Source of the DNA: a bacterium
GTDB lineage: Bacteria > Zhuqueibacterota > Zhuqueibacteria > Zhuqueibacterales > Zhuqueibacteraceae
NCBI GenBank assembly: GCA_044869275.1
Contig: JBIOXB010000070.1
Span: 1 to 43,337, forward strand
Length of the DNA: 43,337 bases
Reading direction: 5' to 3'
The notes beneath the pieces were generated by a model. It saw nothing but the letters and a program-made list of their open reading frames with translations, did no database searches and was not told where the DNA came from. Shown piece after piece: positions 1-8,292 of the stretch (position 1 is the first letter of the stretch; each line of letters starts with the position of its first letter). The translations under genes and the position numbers were made by a program.

Positions 1-195
1 ATGGAAGGGGACAAGCTGATGGGACAGCGCACTGGTAGAGAAAAGGAAGAATTGCTGCCCGCGGATGAAAACACTTTCTTCCCGAAAGGAACGGTGCGAG
101 GCGAAAAGGTCTTCGTGCGTGACGCGAGCGGACGCCCAACACAGATGCTGGACCGTCGAGAGAACAACGATCTGGTTTGGAAGAAGGTCAAATAA
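1..195 (+). CDS. C-terminal part of a protein running in from the left; DUF3471-like small beta domain
   Basis: Open frame from the window edge to TAA at 193-195. The EGDKLMGQRTGREKEELLP..ENTFF pattern resembles DUF3471-type C-terminal domains. Confidence 0.55.
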   Translation: MEGDKLMGQRTGREKEELLPADENTFFPKGTVRGEKVFVRDASGRPTQMLDRRENNDLVWKKVK

Positions 196-326
196 AAGTG
201 AGCGAAAAAAAACAATGGACTGGCAATCAAGCTGTCCACACAAAAGTCCTAGACCTGTATTGACAGTGGCTGAATGAAGAAGAGTGACATTGAAGGTTGA
301 GGAAAACTTACAACGGAGAACGAACC

Positions 327-725
327 ATGAGCAAAACAATGGGCAAAAGTATCGGCGCGGTCCTCGCGGGATTTATCTTCATCGTCATTACGCATACCGC
401 CACGGATGCTATTCTCGAAGGCGCGGGTGTGTTGCCAAAGGGCAATCTCTTTGTTGGAACAGGTCTAATTCTGTTTGTTCTCGGTTATCGCGCAGTGTTG
501 AGTTTCATCGGATGTTATTTAACAGCAAGACTCGCGCCGCGCCATCCGATGAAGCATGCGCTTATTCTTGGTTTAATCGGGCTCGTGTTAAGTTCAGTTG
601 GTGCAATCGTGGCGGCAGATTTAGGGCCCGCGTGGTACGCATGGACGCTTGCAGCGATTTCCTTGCCGATTGCATGGCTTGGCGGGAAGCTGTATGAAAT
701 GCGCCAAACTATTAGAACAGCCTAA
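327..725 (+). CDS. Small hypothetical membrane protein (about 4 TM helices)
   Basis: GGAG Shine-Dalgarno before ATG 327. Four hydrophobic segments with ARLAPxxPMxHAL and GPxWY motifs. Confidence 0.8.
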   Translation: MSKTMGKSIGAVLAGFIFIVITHTATDAILEGAGVLPKGNLFVGTGLILFVLGYRAVLSFIGCYLTARLAPRHPMKHALILGLIGLVLSSVGAIVAADLGPAWYAWTLAAISLPIAWLGGKLYEMRQTIRTA

Positions 726-736
726 GCAGAAGCACC

Positions 737-882
737 ATGACCAACGCAGCACAAAAATACGTGATGCTTACGCCGCTCACGGTCCCATGACGTCGACCGG
801 TAAGTACGAAGCAGAGGTGAGAAATCTGCAGGATGATATGGGCGAGCTGGCGCGCATTGTCCAGGGTCTGATAGTTCATCCA
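737..882 (+). pseudogene. Frameshifted, truncated 5' fragment of a transglutaminase-like-domain protein
   Basis: ATG737 reads MTNAAQK. One extra A in the A5 run (753-757) would join it to IRDAYAAHGPMTSTGKY...GELARIVQGLIVH, which resembles N-termini of transglutaminase-like proteins (recalled similarity). The resemblance stops at the tRNA fragment. Confidence 0.5.
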
Positions 883-924
883 AATGGGAGCAATCCTGTG
901 CGGGTTCGACTCTCGCCCCCGGCA
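878..924 (+). tRNA. 3' half only of a class II tRNA (probably tRNA-Leu); att-like remnant, not an intact gene
   Basis: Variable arm GGGA-GCAA-TCCT, T arm GCGGG-TTCGACT-CTCGC, acceptor 3' strand CCCCGGC plus discriminator A. No matching 5' GCCGGGG or D arm upstream. Confidence 0.75.
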
Positions 925-930
925 CATCTT

Positions 931-966
931 ATAAAAGCGAGTTTATGTTCTTCGCTTTTTTATTTT
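931..966 (+). terminator. Intrinsic terminator downstream of the tRNA fragment
   Basis: AAAAGCGA ... TCGCTTTT stem followed by a T-rich tail. Confidence 0.7.
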
Positions 967-1049
967 GTGAATGATGATCAGCGAAATCCTTCTTGGAACC
1001 CCCGATCAGTCGGCGATTTTTTATCAAGGTATTCATTTGACTCTTTTAG

Positions 1050-1139
1050 AACGCGGATGGGGCGGATCTACACAGATTTTTCTAATCAATAGCTCAGTTT
1101 TATCCGCGAAAATCAGCCTAATCCATGTCATCCGTGGTC
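1050..1139. repeat. Degenerate palindromic intergenic repeat (CGGAT...ATCCG type)
   Basis: Left arm has GCGGAT/GCGGAT/CAGAT units and right arm has ATCCG/ATCAG/ATCCA/ATCCG units in inverted orientation. Confidence 0.55.
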
Positions 1140-1171
1140 AAAGGAGTATAAATACTGCTTTCGAATCCCCA

Positions 1172-2074
1172 TTATAACCGCCCAAAGGCCTGCGTGATAT
1201 CTGGATCGACGCGATCCAAATTGTGCCCGACTTGCCCGACAGCCCAAGCCGCACAGCGCGAGGCGAACTCGGCGCTTTTTAGAACAGATTGAGTTTTGAT
1301 CCAAGCAGCCAGGAATGCGCCGTGAAACACATCGCCGGCATTCGTGGTGTCGATTACTTGTTTTGCGGGATAGGCTGGAATTTTCAAAAGAGTTCCTGCC
1401 TGCAAAAACAGACTTCCCTCCCGCCCCAAAGTCATTCCCGCAAGCTTCACTCCGCCGGCGGCCAAACGGCGCAGCGTTTCCGCCGGGGTCAGGCTGGCAT
1501 CCAATTGCCGCATGAAATCATCGGAAACGATCACGATTTCACTGCCGGCGGTGATTTCTTCCCAATTTGGCCGCAAACTTCCGAAATCGAAAAATAGTTT
1601 TGCCTGGTTCGCTTTAGCCCAAGCTTTGAGCAGCACGGTAAAGCGTTGGTCGCGGCCGTCGCAATAGACCCAGTCTGCCACGGGAAGCCGATCGGCAATC
1701 TGCTCGAATTGCTGCAAACTATCATTCACCTGATGCAAAAGCAGCACTGTGCGTGCACCACTACGTCGATCGACGAGGATAATCGCCTCGGGTGTCGCCA
1801 CGCTGGCGTCGCTCAACGTGCCCGGCTCATAACCGATCCCCAAGCTCTGGAATTGTGACTTGACGCGCTCGGATTTGTGATCGCTGCCAAGCGGCAGGCC
1901 CCAATGCACGCGTAACCCCAATGCTGCCATCGTCATCAACCCCACCGCAACCGGCCCGCCGATCTGCTCCGTCCAATGGTTGACGACCCGCTTCTCGTTG
2001 GGACGAGGAAATTCATCGAGGCGCAGAATGCGATCACACGTCACCAAACCGAAGCCGAGGCAGTGTGTTGACAT
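1172..2074 (-). CDS. PfkB/ribokinase-family carbohydrate kinase
   Basis: GG.AV N-terminal motif, TLGxEG motif and the DTTNAGDVFHGAF PfkB signature 2. Confidence 0.92.
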   Translation of the reverse strand: MSTHCLGFGLVTCDRILRLDEFPRPNEKRVVNHWTEQIGGPVAVGLMTMAALGLRVHWGLPLGSDHKSERVKSQFQSLGIGYEPGTLSDASVATPEAIILVDRRSGARTVLLLHQVNDSLQQFEQIADRLPVADWVYCDGRDQRFTVLLKAWAKANQAKLFFDFGSLRPNWEEITAGSEIVIVSDDFMRQLDASLTPAETLRRLAAGGVKLAGMTLGREGSLFLQAGTLLKIPAYPAKQVIDTTNAGDVFHGAFLAAWIKTQSVLKSAEFASRCAAWAVGQVGHNLDRVDPDITQAFGRL

Positions 2075-2102
2075 GGTATTTTTTGGTTGATTGCCTCATG
2101 CC

Positions 2103-2215
2103 GAGGATGGAGGATTGATGATGGAGGATCGAGGATAGAGGATTGAAAATGGCCATCAATTCATCCTATTTTCCATCTTCCATCTTCTATCCTCTATCTT
2201 CCATCTTCGATCTTC
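2103..2215. repeat. Inverted pair of 7-bp tandem repeat tracts (7 x GAGGATN and 7 x NATCTTC)
   Basis: 2103-2151: GAGGATG GAGGATT GATGATG GAGGATC GAGGATA GAGGATT GAAAATG. 2167-2215: TATTTTC CATCTTC CATCTTC TATCCTC TATCTTC CATCTTC GATCTTC. Confidence 0.9.
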
Positions 2216-2219
2216 ACTT

Positions 2220-3056
2220 TCACTCCCCCGGCTTGCGACTGGCATACAGTGCCTGCATCAACGCGTCGCTGATGCCCATGGTGCTGAAGCCGCCGTCGTG
2301 AAAAAGATTCTGCATCGTGACTTTGCGGGTGAGATCGGAGAGCAGCGTGACGACGTAATCCGCGCAATCTTGCGCCGTGGCATTCCCAAGCGGGGAGATT
2401 TTCTCGGCGAAATCATACAGAGCATCGAAGCCCTCGATCCCGCTGCCGGCTGTGGTTTTGGTCGGGCTTTGTGAAACGGTGTTCACGCGAATGCCGCGCT
2501 TGCCCAGGCGGGAGCCAAAACTGCGCGTGATGCTTTCGAGCAGCGCTTTGGCGTCGCCCATGTCCGAATAGCTCGAGAAAGTGCGCTGCGCGCCGATGTA
2601 AGTCAACGCGACAATGCTGCCACCGTCATTCAGAGCCTCGGCCTTCAAAGCTTGCGCGATGATGCGGTGCAAAGACATCGCGGACACATCCAGTGTCTTG
2701 TGATAAAACTCATAGCTCAAATCCTCGTAGGGCCGGTCTTTGCGCACATTCTGCGACATGCCGATGGAGTGCACGATGAAATCGATTTTGCCGATCTTAT
2801 CCTTCAACTCTTTGAATGCGACTTCCATGTCTTCACTCGAGCTCGCGTCGCAAGCGATTAGCGGCGCATCGCCGCAAAGCTTGGCCAGCTCGGCGATCGT
2901 GCCCAGGCGAAACGCAACTTTTACGTTCGACAACGCAAACTTCGCTCCCTCGCGGTGGGCAGCCAAGGCAATATGCCAGGCAATACTCTTGTCGTCAAGC
3001 GGACCGAAGATGATGCCTTTCTTGCCTTGCAATAAGCCAAAACCTTTTTGATTCAT
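2220..3056 (-). CDS. fabI: Enoyl-[acyl-carrier-protein] reductase (NADH)
   Basis: GKKGIIFG..DKSIAW N-terminus, catalytic Y..YxxMxxAK (TYIGAQRTFSSYSDMGDAK), HDGGFS C-terminus. Confidence 0.93.
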   Translation of the reverse strand: MNQKGFGLLQGKKGIIFGPLDDKSIAWHIALAAHREGAKFALSNVKVAFRLGTIAELAKLCGDAPLIACDASSSEDMEVAFKELKDKIGKIDFIVHSIGMSQNVRKDRPYEDLSYEFYHKTLDVSAMSLHRIIAQALKAEALNDGGSIVALTYIGAQRTFSSYSDMGDAKALLESITRSFGSRLGKRGIRVNTVSQSPTKTTAGSGIEGFDALYDFAEKISPLGNATAQDCADYVVTLLSDLTRKVTMQNLFHDGGFSTMGISDALMQALYASRKPGE

Positions 3057-3094
3057 GAGACGATCCTTTCCTTATCATGTGCAGTTTGCACTAC

Positions 3095-3361
3095 TAGTCT
3101 GTCACCTTAATTGCCATACCTTCAGCCATGTCATCCCGCCTTGCGGGATCTTGGTTGAATCAAGCACTTTAATTATGCTGCACGAGATTCAGACTGTGCA
3201 AAAGCGCTTGGTTCCAACGCCGGCTGAGCTTGTCGAAGCCGGATTTTTGAGCTTAGCACCCTTCGACAAGCTCAGGGTGCGGCATTCCCAAGTTTTCACA
3301 CAGTCTGATTCTCTCTGAGATGACATAGTCGAGAGGTTACTGGAATTAAGCTGACAGTGTA
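3095..3361. mobile_element. Non-autonomous MITE-like element with TA ends carrying a REP-like hairpin
   Basis: Imperfect TIRs TAGTCTGTCACCTTAATT (3095-3112) and AATTAAGCTGACAGTGTA (3344-3361). Internal ATGTCATC (3128-3135) pairs with GATGACAT (3319-3326). Confidence 0.6.
3191..3306. mobile_element. 116-bp MITE inserted into the REP hairpin, with a GATTC direct repeat
   Basis: TIRs AGACTGTGCAAAA and TTTTCACACAGTCT. GATTC lies directly on both sides (3186-3190, 3307-3311). Internal palindrome CTGAGCTTGTCGAAG/CTTCGACAAGCTCAG. Confidence 0.75.
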
Positions 3362-3470
3362 CTACTCTTCTCAAATCTTGCCCCAATATGCCCCTTTGTT
3401 GCGCCTTTATTTCCCCTTTTGCCCCATTGCATATGATCATGTGTTCACATGTCGAGGTATCCCTTTGTTC

Positions 3471-4820
3471 TCACCGGCCGCGCAGTTTATAATATGTGCC
3501 CTTTCCAGTTGAGCCCACGCGCTCCAAAACGTTCTTTTCCTCCAACTGCCGCAAATCTTCCGAAGCCGTGCGCTTTTTGACGTCAACCAATTGCTGATAT
3601 TCTTGATTGGTGATACGGCGGCGTTTTTTTACGTGCGCGACCGCTTTGATTTGGCGTTCATTCAACCCCTGCTCCAGCAGAAAATCTTCCGTGAAGGCAT
3701 CCTGTTTCAAGATCAGCATCAGGCCTTGCTGCTCCCGCCATTCCGGTTCCGGCAGGCCGATTTTTTTGCACTCCGCCATCATGCGATTCGTGCCGCTGCC
3801 CCACTTTTCGATCAAACCGGCTTCGTAAAACATCGCGCCGGTGAGCTTGTTGCGCAACACCGAACGGTGACGGCGCTTGAGATCGTCCAGATGCAAATCT
3901 GGCGGCAAGCTGCCCGGATTCCAGATGATCAATTGATCGTCGTAGATGCGTATCTGCGTTTCCACGGGCACGGAATAGTCGCGGTGGCAAACGGCATTGA
4001 TCAAAGCCTCGCGGATGGCTTCGAGCGGATAGTCCCAAACTTCTTCGCGCTGCGGCTGGCCGGTGATGACGAGTCGTACGGTGAGATGCTTCTTGATGAA
4101 GGCAAAGGCCGCGTCGATCTGCTCGAACAATGTGCCGGTAATTTCCTGATCATCGATGATCAACGTTTCGGATTTGAAGCGTCCGGCTTTGATGCGCGCA
4201 TGCGGCAGGAAACGCTGGGGGTTTTTGCCAAACAGCAAAATGGCGGCATGCGTGATTCTTCCTTTGGCCAGGAGGTGATATTTCTCCAAGATATCAGCCG
4301 GCTCCGCGGGTGCCGGCAGCGGCCGCGCGCGTTTTGCATTCATGCTCTGCACGAAGCCGTGAACGCGTGCCGCCTCGAGGTCCGCGAATGTGGCCTCTTC
4401 CTGCGGCAGCGCGTCCCAGCTTTTGCCCAGGCTTTGTAAATGCAGGCGCGAGATTTCCTCGATGGAAAGCAAATGATTCGCAGCGCCGAGACGTCGATAA
4501 CAGCGGCCGGCGAGAGCCACCGGTTTGATGACGGCTTCCGCGATGCGCAGCACCACATAGTGGCGCGTCCCCGCCGCCTGCATTTCCCAGTCGCAGTGTG
4601 CCCCTGGCTGCAAGGCCGAACGAATTTGCTGCAGCCATGACTGGACCAATGCTTCCGCCTTGCCTGCGGGTCCTCCCTCCTGCGCGGCAGGCGACGGCAA
4701 CAGCAAGATGCCGCCGGCGGTGTTGGCAAAAGCACAGATCGTTTCCAGGCAGGAATGGTCGAATACTTCCGCGCGCGAAAATTGCGCGTTTTCCGGAGCG
4801 TTGAGCAGGTCTTCGATCAT
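3471..4820 (-). CDS. AlbA_2 (Schlafen-like) + HATPase_c_4 + C-terminal HTH protein (RecG-C-like putative regulator)
   Basis: ICAFANTAGG, EAIREALINAVCHRDY, NPGSL, RN.L and EKWGSG motifs, then a winged HTH (TASEDLRQL...G.GKGTYY). ATG overlaps the upstream stop. Confidence 0.88.
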   Translation of the reverse strand: MIEDLLNAPENAQFSRAEVFDHSCLETICAFANTAGGILLLPSPAAQEGGPAGKAEALVQSWLQQIRSALQPGAHCDWEMQAAGTRHYVVLRIAEAVIKPVALAGRCYRRLGAANHLLSIEEISRLHLQSLGKSWDALPQEEATFADLEAARVHGFVQSMNAKRARPLPAPAEPADILEKYHLLAKGRITHAAILLFGKNPQRFLPHARIKAGRFKSETLIIDDQEITGTLFEQIDAAFAFIKKHLTVRLVITGQPQREEVWDYPLEAIREALINAVCHRDYSVPVETQIRIYDDQLIIWNPGSLPPDLHLDDLKRRHRSVLRNKLTGAMFYEAGLIEKWGSGTNRMMAECKKIGLPEPEWREQQGLMLILKQDAFTEDFLLEQGLNERQIKAVAHVKKRRRITNQEYQQLVDVKKRTASEDLRQLEEKNVLERVGSTGKGTYYKLRGR

Positions 4821-5152
4821 CACGGATTCTGCGCCTGGCGCGAATGTTTTTCCATCAAGACATAATACTTCGTGCTGGCCGCACTCAGCCTATCGCGCAG
4901 GCGTTTGCCCTCCTGGTCATCGCGGCAGTTCGCCAATTGCTCGCGCAGTTCGGCCAGCTCTTTGCGCAATTCCATCTCCACCGGCAGAATACCCGCATTC
5001 TTCAGGATTTTGAAACTCAAGCGCAGATGCTCGGGCACGCCGGAAAAATCTTCCTCCGGCAGCGGCTTGCCATGTCCCGGCAGATTCTCAAACTCGCCAT
5101 TGTCAAGGGCTTCTTTGATTTTCTGCTCGGCAATGTATGCGATGAAATTCAT
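4820..5152 (-). CDS. DUF1992 (YhdN/DnaJC28-like) protein
   Basis: IAEQKIKEA...GEFENLPGxGKPL and ILKNAG.LP motifs. Confidence 0.9.
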   Translation of the reverse strand: MNFIAYIAEQKIKEALDNGEFENLPGHGKPLPEEDFSGVPEHLRLSFKILKNAGILPVEMELRKELAELREQLANCRDDQEGKRLRDRLSAASTKYYVLMEKHSRQAQNP

Positions 5153-5277
5153 GGTGGATTCTCGAACGACGCATCTGGTTGATTCATAAAATTAAACCGC
5201 CGAGACGCCGAGTTCGCAGAGCATATCAAGTTGGCGAAGAGCTTCGGTCAAAGGCGGCCTCTTCTGTGCTTTCCCTC

Positions 5278-5346
5278 TATTTCACCCCGTTGGGGTTCCG
5301 GAATGTTTACGACTATCGTCTACAATCATGCCACCGCTTCGCGGTT
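5278..5346. repeat. Two REP-like short hairpins in tandem
   Basis: TTTCACCCCGTTGGGGTT and TGCCACCGCTTCGCGGTT, same architecture, intergenic. Confidence 0.5.
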
Positions 5347-5405
5347 GTTTTCCAGCGGCCTCTGTATTGTTAATAACGGCAAAGGAACGCCGCGCCGCGG
5401 CTCAG

Positions 5406-5855
5406 TCATTCGCAAAGTCGATATTGGCGCATGACTTCAACATACCTCGGCGGGAGATGAGACGTGCCGGCGAGTTGCAATAGCATTTGAATTTTTGCCC
5501 GGCACTCAGCGTCATCTTCTGCCTGCGCCTGGTAAGCTTCAAGAAACATCTCCAGAGCGCGCCGATAAAACTTTTGCGCGTGTTCCGGTTCGCGATTCAA
5601 ACGATGCAGCTCCGCTTGCTCGAAAAACAGCGTCGCCAGCGCCGTCATTTTCCCGGCATGCCCGAGCAATTGCGCGAGCGTGGGCGAATCGAATGAGGAG
5701 ACGATCGGCGCATTCAGGCCAAGCAATTCACCGTACGCTTTTTCGACTTCTTGCAGCGCTTGGTCGTATTTTTCCTGTTGCTTGAGCTGGAACAGCCGCG
5801 CGACTGCCGCCGCGAGCTGTTGCATCATTCTCATAATATAATCGCGTTCAATCAC
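5406..5855 (-). CDS. DUF6483-like helical/TPR protein
   Basis: N-terminal ERDYIMRMMQQL motif, all-helical composition, GTG start. Confidence 0.8.
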   Translation of the reverse strand: MIERDYIMRMMQQLAAAVARLFQLKQQEKYDQALQEVEKAYGELLGLNAPIVSSFDSPTLAQLLGHAGKMTALATLFFEQAELHRLNREPEHAQKFYRRALEMFLEAYQAQAEDDAECRAKIQMLLQLAGTSHLPPRYVEVMRQYRLCE

Positions 5856-5941
5856 TGCTTGCTCATGCCTGCGCCCGCAGGCATCTCCTCAACTTCGTTT
5901 TGTCGCATGCTTCTCGAAGAAGTTTGAAAGACGCTCCATGG

Positions 5942-5969
5942 AATTTAACAGGGCAAAGCATAAAGTCAA
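5942..5969 (-). promoter_or_regulatory. Putative sigma70 promoter
   Basis: TTGACT-N16-TAAATT with an extended -10 TG on the minus strand, upstream of 5855. Confidence 0.4.
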
Positions 5970-6033
5970 TCGCCAATTTAAGAGACGTTTTGAAAATCTG
6001 GTTGCCGCCTCTTGTTGAAAACGACAACGTCGC

Positions 6034-8154
6034 TTATGGCGCGGTCTTCACCAGCAGTGCTCCGGCAGCCGCCGCGGCGTCCAACAATCCACTCACGTCT
6101 GCCAGGCTCACTTCGCCATAGTACCAGGAACCGGCAGCCAGCGCTTCCGCGCGCACGGCTTTGAAAATTTCGTAATAGCTGCGCTTGCCATCGACGAAAT
6201 TGTACACCTCGTCGCGCATCATGCCGTGCAGCTTGCCGCTGAATTTCACTGCACGGCGTTTTTGAAAATAGACTGCCAGAGTGTCGGCATTGGACGGTAC
6301 TTTTTTGCTGGCGGAGGATTCTTCCGGAGACAGCTTGAGGCCGCGCACCGCGCTGCCATTGACCAAGGTTTGCATTGCAGACAAGCTCGCGCGCATTTCT
6401 TTTTCATGCTCCGCCATATGAACCTGGAGCTTCTCGAGCCATTCTCTCGAATGCGCATTGGCGCCGGCAAATACGCGCACAGACTGCAAGGCCCGGTGTT
6501 CACGCTGCACACCCTGTTCAATCATCAGATTCGCATCCCTCCAGCCTTCATCCACCCCGTTGGTTGCCATTCTCAGAATTTGTGTGGCAACAGTCAAATC
6601 TTGCGCCAATCTTCGCCTTCCCTGGCTGAAAGTCTCGCGCGCCAACAGGGGGACATCATCATCTTCCGCGCTGGCGAGCACATAGGCCATGGCCGCGATC
6701 AAAACGTTGTTACGGCGCAATTGCGTGGGATCGATGTTATCGAGATCGTCGTCGGAGGAATGAATGAAATCATCCGGCCAGTTGATCAAGGCTGCTGCCG
6801 GCACGCCGATGGCTCCTTCGATGAAGCACATGTGGTCGGAAGAATCAAAATAAGGCACGAACCTGGCGTTGTAATTATCGCGCGTACCGAGCGAAGAATA
6901 AATCGGCCGCGAAAACGGGTGCGGCAGGCCACCCTGCCGGCCGGCGGCGAGAAAAGCATTGTTGGTTTGGATCAAATACGTGCCGACGCTTTCGAAGAGG
7001 GCGTCGAGATACGAAGTGCGGGAATGCGGGGCAAAAATCAAATGCTGTACGCGATTGCCCATGGATTGCTTTGCACCGCTCATGTCCTGGTGCAAATTCG
7101 CCAGCATTTTCTTGGGCTCCTGGGGAAAATCGCCAAAGTAGCGATACTCGGAATAAATCTCATCCGTCCACCAAAAGCGCAGATCGCGCAGCGGCCTGGG
7201 CATTTTACCTTCGCCTATGAGCTTGTTGAAAGCGCGCGCCAGCTCCAGGATATTGCCGCAGCCGCTGCCATCATCGTTGGCTGAGCCTTTTTCTTCCTGC
7301 AAATGCGCGGTGATCACGATTTGCTGATCATGATATTTCGAGCCGCGGATCCAGCCTTCGACAAAACCGGTGCGGCCGGGTTTCTCTCCGATCTCGGTGT
7401 CAACTTTTGCTTTGAGGACGACTCTTCCGCCGGGCGTGCGCTTGCCCGTGGCGAAATAGTCTTGCGGCGCTTTTGTCGCCAGAATCTTGCGCAGCGTCTC
7501 GCCTTTGCGCGGCGGGAGCACGAATGCAAACGTTCCTTTCTTGCCTTCGGGAGGATCAACGGGGATGCGGCTCCAGGCGATTTGATCGGGAAAATCCATC
7601 AGCGTTTTGCCTTCGGAAATGGCATAGGACACGATTCCGATCGCGCCTTTTTCCCAAACGGCATGCTGCGCGGCGAGGGAAGGATTCCCTTCGGTGAGCA
7701 CAATTTTGCCGGTGACCTCGATATCCTGCACAGCTTCTTTCGAGGCATCGCCGATCCAAACCAGCTCGGCCGTCAGGTCCGCATCGTGGCTGCCATCGGC
7801 AAGATATACCGCGTGCTCGCCAATATCCGCCAGCTTGACTTCCACCGGTTCGATCATCCACAACTCAGCCGCACGGGCGGTGTAATTGCGGCCTTCGCGC
7901 GGCTGTTCGATGAATTTCACGTCTTCCAAACCGGCTTCGCGCGCGGCTTGAACCACGTATTCTGCGGCGTTGAAATACCCTTCCATACCGGAATCGCGAT
8001 GCCAGTGCGACAGCCAGCGGACATGCTCGAACGCGCGATCGCCGGAGATTTCATTGACCAGCATGCGCATCTCGTCGTCGGACAGAAACGGCGTGCTTTG
8101 CGCATAGAGCGACTGCATGCCACAAAATAAACATGCGAGAACGAATCTTTTCAT
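6034..8154 (-). CDS. Secreted M28-family metallopeptidase with PA-like insert
   Basis: Signal peptide. Zn-ligand motifs TAHL, GSANDDGSG, DE, HQDM, SDH and IHSSDD. GAGG Shine-Dalgarno. Confidence 0.88.
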   Translation of the reverse strand: MKRFVLACLFCGMQSLYAQSTPFLSDDEMRMLVNEISGDRAFEHVRWLSHWHRDSGMEGYFNAAEYVVQAAREAGLEDVKFIEQPREGRNYTARAAELWMIEPVEVKLADIGEHAVYLADGSHDADLTAELVWIGDASKEAVQDIEVTGKIVLTEGNPSLAAQHAVWEKGAIGIVSYAISEGKTLMDFPDQIAWSRIPVDPPEGKKGTFAFVLPPRKGETLRKILATKAPQDYFATGKRTPGGRVVLKAKVDTEIGEKPGRTGFVEGWIRGSKYHDQQIVITAHLQEEKGSANDDGSGCGNILELARAFNKLIGEGKMPRPLRDLRFWWTDEIYSEYRYFGDFPQEPKKMLANLHQDMSGAKQSMGNRVQHLIFAPHSRTSYLDALFESVGTYLIQTNNAFLAAGRQGGLPHPFSRPIYSSLGTRDNYNARFVPYFDSSDHMCFIEGAIGVPAAALINWPDDFIHSSDDDLDNIDPTQLRRNNVLIAAMAYVLASAEDDDVPLLARETFSQGRRRLAQDLTVATQILRMATNGVDEGWRDANLMIEQGVQREHRALQSVRVFAGANAHSREWLEKLQVHMAEHEKEMRASLSAMQTLVNGSAVRGLKLSPEESSASKKVPSNADTLAVYFQKRRAVKFSGKLHGMMRDEVYNFVDGKRSYYEIFKAVRAEALAAGSWYYGEVSLADVSGLLDAAAAAGALLVKTAP

Positions 8155-8254
8155 GCTTGCCTCCTCTCACCGGTTGGCGTTGCGGTAACTTCTGGAGCAA
8201 TCAGCCTCGGCATTATGAAAACATGCAGGAGAAATACTCAGCCTCATCAATGTG

Positions 8255-8289
8255 CGATCCGCGATCCACTATCCACGATCATCGATCCA
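8255..8289. repeat. 7-bp tandem repeat tract (5 x CGATCCA-like)
   Basis: CGATCCG CGATCCA CTATCCA CGATCAT CGATCCA, immediately after the phoD stop. Confidence 0.75.
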
Positions 8290-8292
8290 CCG

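Noticed and set aside
232..240. DnaA box (CTGTCCACA)
   Set aside because: Single copy with two mismatches and no origin context.
841..924. Intact tRNA gene
   Set aside because: No 5' acceptor strand, D arm or anticodon loop; only the 3' half is present.
649..1092. 147-aa ORF as a real gene
   Set aside because: It is a chimera running through the previous gene's end, a pseudogene fragment, the tRNA remnant, a terminator and a repeat.
2103..2215. CRISPR array
   Set aside because: Units are 7-bp tandem repeats with no unique spacers, and no cas genes are present in the window.
6226..8130. Long plus-strand ORFs (352 and 275 aa) and similar antisense ORFs elsewhere
   Set aside because: They are antisense shadows of well-supported minus-strand genes in GC-rich DNA and show no motifs.
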